Positions 1 to 13,632 of a DNA stretch of 64,000 nt are shown here, piece by piece. Positions within the stretch are counted from its first letter, which is position 1, and every line of letters starts with the position of its first letter. The translations under genes and the position numbers were made by a program. The stretch is from Scenedesmus sp. PABB004. Taxonomy: Eukaryota. The DNA lies in NCBI GenBank assembly GCA_014905635.1, contig CM026547.1, forward strand, positions 3,410,001-3,474,000, in the 5' to 3' direction. A model generated the notes under the pieces. It was not told the origin of the DNA, searched no databases, and saw only the letters and a program-made list of their open reading frames with translations.

Positions 1-140
1 CGGCGGGGGCGGGCGCGCGGGCGTGCGGAGAGCGGCAGCGGCGACGCGCGGCAGCCAGCTGGGCAGCGGGCTTCAGCCCACCGCCAGCAGCCCTGCAGCG
101 CTCACCCGCCGCCGCCGCCGCCCGGCCCGCGCGCGCGCAG

Positions 141-3100
141 AGCGAGGTCGGCAGCCTGCGCAGCAACGAGCTCGCCGACATGCACGCGCGCATGGGCGTC
201 GCGATGCAGCGCATCGCCGAGCTCGAGGCGGCGGTGCAGCGCGGCGGCGGCGGCGCCGGCGCCGGCCCCAGCCGGCCCAACGGCAACGACGACACGCGCG
301 CCGTGATCCGGGACAACAAGTTCCGGCGCACGCCGCGCATCTCCCCGCACGGCAGCGCGCGCAGCCCCGGCGCGGAGCCGGCGCTCTTTGCCGGCGGCGG
401 CGCCGGCGGCGGCGCGGACAACGTCAAGATGCGCACGCGCCAGGTGCTGGACGACAGCGAGGAGCCGCTCATCCGCTCCGACAAGGCCTGCCTGGAGGAG
501 CGGCTCAGCGGCCGCATCGGCACGTCGCTCGCGGCGAGCGCGGGCGACATCATGACCGCGCTCGGCGTGCAGACGCTCACGCCCGCCCAGGTCGCGGCGA
601 TCGTGGCGGGCGCGCCGCCCGCGAGCCGCGCCGGCTTCACCCTCTACACGGGCCTCTTCCGCGGCACGCGCGTGTCGGCGTGGCGGCTGACCATCGCGCA
701 GCCCGTCAACGTGCTGGAGGTGCACCGCGCGTACTCGCGCTTCAGTGCCGCCCACCCCAACGTCTGCGCCGTGATGGGCATCTGCATCGAGCCGCTCGAC
801 ACCGCGGAGCCGATGGACGAGGACGGCTGCGGCAGCCCCAGCCGCGGCGGCGCCGGCGCCGGCGCCGGCGCGCCGGCGGGCGGCGCCGACGTGGAGGAGG
901 GCGGCTGCCACCTCTGGGTGCTGGAGGAGCACCACGGCGGCCAGACGCTCGCGCAGCGCGTCGAGCGCGGCCTGCTGAGCTGGCAGCACGTGCTGGGCAT
1001 CGCGCAGGACGTCGGCGCGGCGCTCGCGTACCTGCAGTCGCTGCGCCGCATCTGCCCGCTCGCCGACGGCGGCGGCGGCGAGCTCAGCGACAGCAACGCG
1101 CTCGCGGCGCCGCTGTCGCCGCTCGCGGTGGCGCAGATGCTGGTGCTGGAGAACGTGCAGGTCAGCGCGGCCGCCACGGCCAAGCTGAGCCTCGTGCCGG
1201 CGCTGCTCACGCAGCTCGAGTTTGCGCTGTGCGTCGCGCCCGACGCGCAGCGCGTGGCCGAGGTCAGCAGCCTGCTGCTGCCCTACATCCACCCGGGCAG
1301 CATGTTCAGCGGCGGCGGCGGCGGCGCCGGCGGGCAGGCCTTTGACGGCCTGTACAGCTACGGCGTGGTGCTGCTGCAGCTGCTCACCGAGCGTTGCGCG
1401 CCCGGCCTGCTGGGCACGGTGCAGGCGGCCATCGCGCAGCGCGCGCTCGGCAACCTCGTGCCGCGCACGCCGGCGGCGGGGCCGGAGAGCGAGCAGCTGG
1501 CCGCCGACCTGGCGGCCCTCGCGCTGCGCTGCTGCGGCGTGCAGCAGCCGGCGTGCGGCGCGGCGGCCGGGCCTGCAGGCGCAGGCGCCGGCGAGGCCGG
1601 CAGCAGCAGCGGCGCCGGCGCAGCGGGCGGCCAGCAGCAGGCGCCGTCGCTGGACCAGCAGGTGCTGCCGGCGCTGGCGGCGCTGCAGCGCAAGCTCGAG
1701 TCGCTGGGCACGTCGACGATGTCGTGGGAGCAGGTGGAGGAGCTGCTCATGATGCCACTGCAGCCGAGCACGAGCAGCAGCGACCCCACGACGCGGCGCT
1801 GGGTGCGGCAGGACTTCAAGATGCGCCGCAAGCTCTTCCTGGAGGAGGTGGCCAAGATGGCGGTTGAGGGGCCGATCCACAAGATCGAGGTCCGCCGCAG
1901 CCGCTGCTTCAAGGACAGCGTGGCCACCTTCAGCGGCAAGGTGCGCGTCGGGCTGGGGCCGGCGTTGGGAACGGAGGGCTGGCGCTGGCTTGGCTCGGCC
2001 GCGGGCAGCGGCCGGCTGGGGTTGGGACGGCCTGCTGCAGGCTGGCCGCGCGCAGCGCCGGGCCCGCCGCTGACCACGCGCGCTGGCCGCCTCGGCCGCC
2101 GCCCCCGTGTCGCGCGCAGGGCCAGAACGTGTGGCGCCAGCCGCTCAAGGTGACCTTCATCGGCGAGGCGGGCATGGACAGCGGCGGCGTCACGCGCGAG
2201 TGGTTCAGCAGCATCTGCGCGGCGCTGCGGCGCGGCAGCCTGGACCTCTTCTGGGCGGGCGGGCCCGTGCGCGACCAGCTCTACCTCAACCCGCTCTCCA
2301 ACACGGCCAGCCACCTCAAGCGCTTCCACTTTGTGGGCATGCTCATGGGCAAGGCCCTGCTCGAGACGGCGGCACGCGGCAAGGAGCTCGGCCCGGTCGT
2401 GCTCAACCTCAGCTTCTGCGAGCCGTTCTGGAAGCTGCTGCTGGGCATCCCGCTGGGGCTCATGGACCTGCAGGCCCTGGATCCCACCGAGTTCAGGAGC
2501 CTCATGCAGCTGCTGCAGCTCGACATCGACGGGTGCGCGCGCGGCGCCCGCGCCCGCGGGCAGCACCCGCTGCCTGGCTGTGGCAGCTGCGGCGGCTCAC
2601 GCGCGCCCGCCCGCCCCGCCCCGCACCGCCCCCCGCCCCGCCGGCGCGCAGGCTCATCTTTGAGACCTTCACCTGGAACTTCCAGCACACCTGCCGCGGC
2701 GCCGGCGCCAAGGACGAGCCCGAGATCCCCGCGCTGCCGAGCGGGGCGAGCCCGTTCAGCGGCGACGCGAGCTCGCGCGTCGACGCGAGCGTGTCGCTCA
2801 AGCCCGGCGGCGCGCACGTCAAGGTGACCAATGCCAACAAGCGCGAGTACGTGCTGCTCAAGGCGCAGAAGATGCTGTGGGCGAGCGTGGAGGCGCAGAT
2901 GAGCGCGGTGATCGACGCGTTCCACAGCCTCGTGCCGCGCGAGCTGGTGGAGAAGTACGGCTTCACGCCGCTGGAGATGCAGATGCTCGTCTGCGGCGAG
3001 ACGCTCATCGACATCGCCGACCTGCGCGCGCACACCAAGTACGAGGACGGCTACACCGGCAAGGAGCCCCAGATCGCGTGGTTCTGGACCGCGGTCGAGT

Positions 3101-3369
3101 CCATGGACGAGGCGCAGCGCCGCGCGCTGCTGCAGTTCTGGAGCGGCAGCGACGGCATGCCCGCGGAGGGCTTTGGCTCGCTCGAGCCGAGCTTCCACCT
3201 CGTCAGCGTGGACCGCATGTACGACCGCAACGACCGCACCGCGCGCCTGCCCGCGGCGCACACGTGCTTCCGCCAGCTCGACCTGCCGCGCTACGCAAGC
3301 TACGAGGAGCTGCGCGCCAAGATGCTCACCGCCATCACCATGGGCCAGGGCTACATGGCGCTCTCCTGA
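141..3369 (+). CDS. HECT E3 ubiquitin ligase with N-terminal degenerate protein-kinase-like domain (5' partial)
   Basis: Exons 141-1940, 2120-2532, 2652-3369 with GT-AG introns that keep frame. HECT motifs LKVTFIGEAGMDSGGVTREWF, VTNANKREYV and LPAAHTCFRQLDLP (catalytic Cys). Kinase-like segments HPNVCAVMGIC, IAQDVGAALAYLQ, YSYGVVLLQLLT. The acceptor at 140 implies exons upstream of the window. Confidence 0.9.
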
Positions 3370-3378
3370 GGCCACCGC

Positions 3379-3380
<2 letters not shown>

Positions 3381-3440
<60 letters not shown>
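3381..3440 (+). repeat. (GGC)n microsatellite in 3' UTR
   Basis: About 20 perfect GGC units just after the stop codon. Confidence 0.95.
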
Positions 3441-3601
3441 CTGCGGTCGCGTGGCGGCAGTCGCGCGGCGGCAGCAGCCTGCGGTCGCGCGGCGGCGGCG
3501 GCGGCGGCGGGGCCGGGGCGGGCGCCGCGGCCCGCCGCGCAGGCGGGCTGTCGGCGACGCCCCGCGCCGCCCGTCCGCCCTTTTGCTCCCTCCCGCACCC
3601 C

Positions 3602-3623
3602 CTCTCTCTCTCTCTCTCTCTCT
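3602..3623 (+). repeat. (CT)n microsatellite
   Basis: Run of CT dinucleotides seen directly. Confidence 0.9.
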
Positions 3624-4178
3624 GTCTCTTTTTTTCAGCTGCCTGGCTTTGTTACGGCGCCTCCTGTGCGCGGTTGTCTCCCTTCTTGATTGGCTGGCCC
3701 GGAGGACCCTTCTGTTCTGGCGCCGCGCGGCGCCGGCGGGATGGATGGATGGTGCGTGCCGCCGCCGGGCGGCCGCGCGCGGGCGGCGCTGCCAAGCGCC
3801 CCCGCGCGCAGGCACTGAGAGCTGGGTCTGGGAGTGCGTAGCCGGGTGCGCAGCTGCTGGGCGGCCGCGCTGAGCGCGCGGCGACGTGGGACCGAGTAGG
3901 CGTAGGACGGGCACTGCAGGGCGCTTTTGCGGGCGAAAGGCATTCGAACCCCCGCGCGCGCGCGGGGCCGCGGCGGCGCGCCGCCGCGCGTCCCCGGCCC
4001 CGTCGCGCTGGTCGCTGGAACACGCGGCCTCGGCGCGGCCTAACATGCCACGCGGCCGCCACGCCCCGCGCACAGCAGGCGCGGCGCACGCGCCGCCGGC
4101 GCGCCCGCCGGCGCGCGGCCTGCCTGCCTGGGCTCCCGCGGGGGCGCTCTGGGCGGGGTGTGCGGCGCTGCAATTTCA

Positions 4179-4183
4179 TGTAA
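4179..4183 (+). terminator. TGTAA polyadenylation signal (candidate, kinase-HECT gene)
   Basis: Chlorophyte UGUAA signal in a locally AT-richer patch downstream of the stop. Confidence 0.55.
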
Positions 4184-4623
4184 TGCCCTGTTTTGCTGCC
4201 CTGCCAGCCGCGCACTCGCTCCTCGACGTCAGCCCCCGTGGCAGCAAAGTCGTTACCCAGCAGTTAGTTGCCAGCCTCTCAGCCGGCGACGCGCGGTGAT
4301 CCAACCGCGCGCCGCCCGCCCGTCAGCCGCCCGTCAGCCGCCCCCGCAGGGGTGCGGTGCGGTTCGTGGCGCCTCGTACGTCAACCTGGGTCCGCGCCGG
4401 GCGCAGCCGCACACTAGGCGTCCCCATGCAATGGCATTTGGTGTCACACGGCCATTCCCTCGGGCGCGTGTTGACAGGGTGGTTTGTCACACGGCACCCG
4501 GCCGCGCGCGCGGCGCCCCCCAGCACTGGCGGGGGGCGGCCGCCGGCGCGCGCCCGCTCCCCGGCCGTCCGGATGCTGCCGCAGCGGGGCGCAGCTCCGC
4601 GCTGCCCCGGCCGGCGGGGCCGC

Positions 4624-5999
4624 TCAGAAGAGCAGCGCGGCGGCGAGGGCGGGCACTGCGAGCAGCGCGGACACGGCCGCGGCGCCGGCGCTGCTCTTGG
4701 GCGCCGCCGAGGTGGTGGTCGCCTCCACGGGCGCGATGCTCACGTTGCGCGACGCGGCGAGCGCGCCGGGCACGACGCCGGGCAGGCCCTCGCTGGAGAT
4801 GTTGAACTGGTCGAGCAGGGCCTGGGGCACGAGCACGCCGTCGATGACGTGGATGATCGACTTGCCGCCCTGGATGTTGGCGCGCGTGACCTTGATCTGC
4901 TGGTTGCTGTCGCTGTTGATGTAGTACGCGGGGCCGTCCGCCAGCAGCATGCGGCGCGCGCCGCCCTCGCTGCGAAAAAGGGGCGGGCGGGGCGGGGAAG
5001 CGGGAGGGCGGGTCGGCGCGCGCGGCGCGCGGCGCGCGGCGGGCGTGCGCGCGGTGGGCGTGCCGCCAGCGGTGCGGCGGCGGCGGACTCACATGGTGAT
5101 GGTGGTCTTGTTGCCGTCGAGCATGGTCAGCACCTGGTCGTTCTTGAAGCGGCTCGCGATGATGCCCGCGCCGCCGGCGACGTGGTACGCGAGCAGCTGG
5201 TCCGGCACGCCCAGCGCGGCGAGCGTCTCGGCGTCGGCCTGCGCGGCGCGGGCGCCGGGCCCAGGCGGCGTCAGGCGGCGGCGAGCGCGGCGCGCGCGGC
5301 CCCCGGCCGGGCGCCGGCGGCGGCGCGCGGGGGGCGCTGGGGGGGGGGGGCGCTGGGGGGTCTGACGGTCACCTGGGTGGCGTTGGACACAAACGCGAGC
5401 GCGGCGTCGACGGCGTCGTTGTTGGGCGCAAACACGGTCGACACGAGCTTCTTGTCGCTCAGCATCTTGGCCGCCGAGGTGTTGGCCGCGAGGGACGCGA
5501 GCGCGGAGAGCTCGGGGATCTGCTGGATCGCAAACAGCGGGCTGCTGTAGTACTCGGCTATCGCGGCGTCGGTGATGTTGGTGCCGGTGGTCGCGGCGGG
5601 CTCCGCGGCGGCGGCGGCGGCGGGCAGCGCGGCGGCGGGCTCCGCGGGCGTCTCCATCACGGGCTCGGGCGACTCCATGGGCTCGGGCGAGTCCATGGGC
5701 TCGGGGGACTCCATGACCATGTCCATGGGCTCGGGCGACTCCATGACCATGTCCATGGGCTCGGGCGACTCGAGCGCGGCGTCGGGCGCGGGCGACGCGA
5801 GCGCCTCGAGCGGCTCCGGCGCGGGGCTCTGGGCGAGGGCGGAGCCTGCGCGTGGCGGCGGCGGCGGCGGCGGCGGTGAGGTGCTGGGGAGCTGCAGCGG
5901 CGGCGGCGGCCGGCGGCGGCGGGTGCGGCATGCGGCGCAGCTGCCGCTCGCTCACTCACCCAGCGCCAGCAGCACAAAGAGGCACACGGCGGTCTTCAT
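4624..5999 (-). CDS. Fasciclin (FAS1) domain cell-surface protein, signal peptide and probable GPI anchor
   Basis: Exons 5999-5960, 5845-5373, 5238-5093, 4969-4624. Signal MKTAVCLFVLLALG; FAS1 H1 STVFAPNNDAV, LLAYHV and H2 IIHVIDGVLVP; hydrophobic C-terminus SSAGAAAVSALLAVPALAAALLF. Confidence 0.88.
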
Positions 6000-6858
6000 C
6001 TTGCCTGCGGCGCGGCGCAGCGCGTGGCGCAGGCGGGCCGCGCGAATGGGGTCAGATCACGGCGCGGCGCGGCCTGCGAAGCTTCCATCGCGCCGGGCGT
6101 GTGGCTGTGATGGACCCGCCCTGCGGCGCCTCTGCGGGCCGCCTGGCGCCCCGCTGCACCGCCGTCGGCTGCTCCCTGCACGCGCTGCCCCCTGGGCCTG
6201 GCGTTGCGACGCTACGCCGCGCCTGCGCGCGGCAGCACCGAGTGCGCCAGCCAGACTCCACAACACCGCGCCGCGCGCCGCTGGATTCCGGCGCCACCCC
6301 GGGCACCGGAATCGCTGTCTCTCCGCCGCTCTGACGCCGCGCGCGGCGGCCTTTTGAGCGGGCGGCGCGAAAGTTCCGCGGTGGCAGACCGCGGCGCGCC
6401 CAGGCTCACCTGGTGGTGCTTGGGAGGCGACGGTGTGATGGAGGCAACGGAGGAAAGGTGGGGCGGCGGCGGGCGTCGCCAGATTCGACCCGGGCGCGCG
6501 GCACACCAGGGCACACCGCGCGCACTCGCGAGTGACAATCAGCCGGGAGGTCCGCCGATGCGGCGGTGACGCACCGCGCTCGCCTGGTGGTGCGCGGCCG
6601 GCGCGCGCGCGGCGGCCGGCGGCCGTGGACGGCGGACTGACTCGCGCATTGATCCAACAGTCGCGCGAAGCTGCTCGCCTGGCCGAGTGTCCGCGCGCGT
6701 TTCCACGGGCGCAACCACACACGCGGAACCAAACCAAAGCACTTGTGCAGTGCCTCGCCCCCCGCGCGTGCGCCGCCGGCAGGCGGGCGCCGGCGCGCCG
6801 CTTCGGGGGCTGGTGCGCGGCGCGCTGCGTCGTGGGCTCAGCCCTTGAAGCCGCAGCT

Positions 6859-9518
<2,660 letters not shown>

Positions 9519-9981
9519 GGCCGCACGCGCTGCGACCGCCGCTTCGCGGCGCGCCGCTTCAACACCGGCGCCCACCGGGCCCTGCTGGCCCGGCGCGTGG
9601 CCGGCCGGCGCTGCCGGAGAGTGTTTCCGGCCGGGTGGCGGCGCCCAGCTGGCGCCCTGCTGCCGCGACCGGGCGGAGCGGGCGGCGAACAGCTCAAAGC
9701 CCCCGGCGTGCGAGCCGCACGGGCGCTGGTCGTGCGTGGCGCGAGCGTGCAGTGCATCAGGCGCTGCGGTGCGGGCGCTGGCGCGCTGGCGGGCGCGGGC
9801 AGAGCCCGCGCGGGTGTCCTTTTGCACCCTGCGCCCTGCTCCAGCGACGTGAGCTCGCGGTGCCGGCTCCCGCTGCCCGCGAGACCACACTGCCGCACCC
9901 TGGGTGACCGCTGCCGCGCCAGCGCGCCGGCGCACCGGCCCGCCGCCCATCACTCGACCCGGCCGGCCCCTGGGGGCCCGA

Positions 9982-12755
9982 ATGTTTGTGCAACTGCGCG
10001 GCAGCCAGCAAATTCGCATTGGCCGCGCCGCCGCCTCCGCGCCCGGCCTCGCCTCGTGCGCAGCAGCGCGCCGCACGAGCAGCGCCGCCCGCCGCGCAGC
10101 AGCAGCCGCCGCCGCGCCCAAGGCGCCGCCGCCGTACGTCGACATGGCCGCCCCCGGCCAGGCCGTGAGCCTGCGCGGCGAGCTGGCGGGCCTCTTCCGC
10201 ACCGCGCTCGGCGCCGCGTTCCCGGCGGCGGGCGAGGAGGAGCCGGTGATCGCGCCGTGCGCGCAGTCCAAGTTTGGCGACTACCAGTGCAACAACGCGA
10301 TGGGCCTCTTCGGCCGGCTCAAGGGTACCGAGGGCGCGCCCAAGGCGCCGCGCGACGTCGCGACCGCGGTCGTGGCGGCGCTCCCCGCGAACGAGCTGCT
10401 CACCGAGACGAGCCTCGCGGGCCCGGGGTTCATCAACTGCAAGCTCTCCTCGGCCGCGCTCGCGGCGCGCGTGAACCGCCTGCTGCGCGAGGGCGTCGGC
10501 GCGCTCGCGCCGCGCCTGCGCTACGGCCGCATCGTCGTCGACTTTTCGAGCCCCAACGTCGCCAAGGAGATGCACGTCGGGCACCTGCGCTCGACGATCA
10601 TCGGCGACACGATCGCCAACACGCTCGAGTTCTGCGGCGCCGACGTGGTGCGGCTGAACCACATCGGCGACTGGGGCACCCAGTTTGGCATGCTCATTGA
10701 GCACATGGCCGAGCTGCGCCCCGGCGGCCTCGCGGAGAGCCGCGACGAGGACGTGGCCGACCTGCAGGTGCTCTACAGGTGCGGCGCAGAGAGCGGGCGC
10801 GCCGCGCGGGCGCCGCGGCGGGCGCGGCGGGCGCGGCGGCGGCCGGGCTGGGCGGGTGTGCGGCGGCGGGCGCGGGGTGCGGGCCGGGCGGCAGCTGGCC
10901 GATGCGGGCGGCCGCGTCGCGCGCAGGGCGGCGAAGAAGCGCTTTGACGAGGACGATGACTTCAAGGGCCGCGCGCGCGAGGCCGTCACGCGCCTGCAGG
11001 TGCGCCCCGCGCCCCGCGCGCCGCGCCGCCGGCGGCGCCCGGCGCGGCGCGCGCGGCCGGCCGCCCACCCCGCCGCCGCCGCCGCCGCCCCGCCGCGCCG
11101 CCGCAGTCGGGCGACGCCGCGTGCATCGCGGCGTGGCAGCGCATCTGCGCGGCGAGCCGCCGCGAGTTTGAGGCGATCTACACCCGCCTGGGCGTGAGCC
11201 TGAGCGAGCGGGGCGAGTCGTTCTACAACCCCATGCTCAAGGGTGGGGGGTGATGACCCGCGCCCCACGGCAGCGCGGCGCGGCAAGGCAGCGTGCCCGG
11301 GGCTGGCGGCTGGGCGCGCCGCGGCGTGGCCCGCGCGCGAGCGCCGCCCCCGCCGCCGCCGCCCCCGCCGCCGCCGCGCAGACGTCGTCGACGAGCTCCA
11401 GTCGCTGGGCGTGGCGGAGCAGAGCGAGGGCGCGACGTGCGTGTTTGTGGAGGGCCAGGAGGTGCCGCTGATCGTGCAGAAGAGCGACGGCGGGTACGGC
11501 TACGCGTCGACCGACATGGCGGCCATCAAGCAGCGCGTGCAGGACGAGAAGGCTGACTGGGTCATCTACGTCACCGACGCCGGCCAGGCGACGCACTTTG
11601 ACATGATCTTTGCCGCCGCGCGCCGCGCGGGCTGGCTCCCGCCCAAGGGCAGCCTCGAGGTGCGGGGTGCGCCGCGCGCACGCGCGCCGCGGCACCGCCG
11701 GCGGCGGCGGCGAGGGCAGGCCGCCGCGCCCGCGCCCGCGCCCGCGCCGAGGCTGCGCCACCGCCGCCGCGCCCGCGCGCCCACGTCCGGCCCAGGCGCC
11801 GCGCGTGAGCCACGTCGGCTTTGGCCTGGTGCTGGGCGAGGACGGCAAGAAGTTCAAGACGCGCAGCGGCGACGTGGTGCGGCTCGTGGAGCTCCTGGAC
11901 GAGGCCAAGGCGCGCTGCAAGGAGTCCGTGCGCAGCAGGCGCCTCGAGGTGCGTGCTCGCAAGCGTGCGCGCGCGCGCGCGGCCGCGCGCCCCTCCCCCG
12001 CCTCCCCGCGGTGCCGCCGCCGCGCCAGCCTCCCTCTCCCGCCGCCCTCCGCGCGCCGACGCGCCCGGCCGCGCCCGCGGCCGCAGGCGGGCGAGGCGGT
12101 GGACGAGGCGGAGCTCGAGGCCACGGCCAACGCGATGGGCTACGGCGCGGTCAAGTACGCCGACCTCAAGAACAGCCGCACGACCAACTACAAGTTCAGC
12201 TACGACGCCATGCTCGAGCTCAAGGGCAACACCGCGGTGTACCTGCTCTACGCCCACGCCCGCATCGCCGGCATCGTGCGCAAGGCCGCGGCCGCGGGCG
12301 CCGACGTCGACGCGCTGCTCGCGGGCGGCGCGGGCGTGGAGCTCGGGCACGCGCGCGAGCGCGAGCTCGCGCTCGCCATCGCCAAGGTGCGCCGGGGGCG
12401 GCGCGCGCCGCGCCGCGCGCTGTGCGCGCCCCCGCGCCGCCGCGCCGCGCCGCCGCGCGCCGCCGCGCGCAGCCGCTCGCTCGCGCCCCCACGCGCGCCG
12501 CGCGCCGCGCGCCCCGCGCCCCGCGCGGCGCCACAGTTCCCGGAGGCGATCGAGGACATGCTCGAGGAGCTGATGCCCAACCGCCTGACCGACTACCTCT
12601 ACTTTCTGAGCGAGGCCTTCACCGCCTTTTACACAGACTGCAAGGTCCTCGGCAGCGACCAGGAGGCGAGCCGCCTCCTGCTCGTCGAGGCGACCGCGCG
12701 CACGATGCGGCAGTGCTTCAAGCTGCTCGGCATCACGCCGCTGTACCGCATCTAA
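9982..12755 (+). CDS. argS: Arginyl-tRNA synthetase with N-terminal transit-peptide-like extension
   Basis: Seven exons with GT-AG introns. [34 protein letters not shown] (HIGH-type), [32 protein letters not shown]; ends [12 protein letters not shown]. Confidence 0.96.
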
Positions 12756-13632
12756 GAGGGAGAGAGCAGCGGCGCAGCGCGCGCGCGGGCGGGGCGCTGG
12801 GCGAGCGCTGTTGCGCGCAAGCGAACGAGCGGTCACGACTGCGACCCGAACCGCCGCCGCCGCCGTGAAGCTCGGCCGCCCGCGTGTGCGAGCGCAGTGC
12901 CATCCGACCCAGCTCCCCTCCGCCCCGCCCCAGCAAGCATCAGGGCACCGCGCCGCCGCAGCGGCAGCAGCAGCAGCGACGCGCGCAAAGGTGGGCGCGG
13001 CGCGCGCTGCCCGGCGCTCGGCTGTCGCAGTTGCGCCGCGCGCGGGTGCAGTGCCATTCGCGCGTCGCACCGCTGTTCGCCGCTGGGCCTGCTGCGGCCG
13101 GCAGGCGCCGGGGGCCGATGCCGGGTGCTCCCGGGGCCGAGCTGGCATTGCAGGGCCCCGAGCGGGCCGCCGCGCGCGCCACGCCCGCATGGGCTGTCTC
13201 TGACGCGCTTTCGCGTTGCCGCTGCCCGTTTGCGCCGCAGCACGGCGAGCAGCGCGGAGGACAATGGCGCAGCTGTGACCGCCCCCCGAGATGATCGGCG
13301 ATCCCTCTAGCCAGCACAGGTGCGGGGGAATCTGGGGGCGGCGCAGCTGCGACCGGGGGCCCGAAGCCGCAACGCCTTGGGCGCTGAGGGCCCGCCGCCG
13401 CTGCCTGCTGCGACTGCTGGCGCTGCTGTCCCGCGCCGCGCCGCAGCTGCTCGCTCGCACGGCGATTACAGGCAGGTCAGAGACAGCCATGCGGTGCAGC
13501 TGAGCGACAACGTGCCGCCAGCAGACGACGGCGCTGAGCGCGCGCGGCGCCGGCCAGGGCGACGGCGTCGCCCTCCCGGAGGGGCGCACCTGCTAGCAGC
13601 AGCACCCAGGCACACTAGCCAGCCCAGCGGCG

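Noticed and set aside
13291..13503. 70-codon ORF upstream of GTPBP as another polycistron candidate
   Set aside because: No coding-like codon pattern or protein features.
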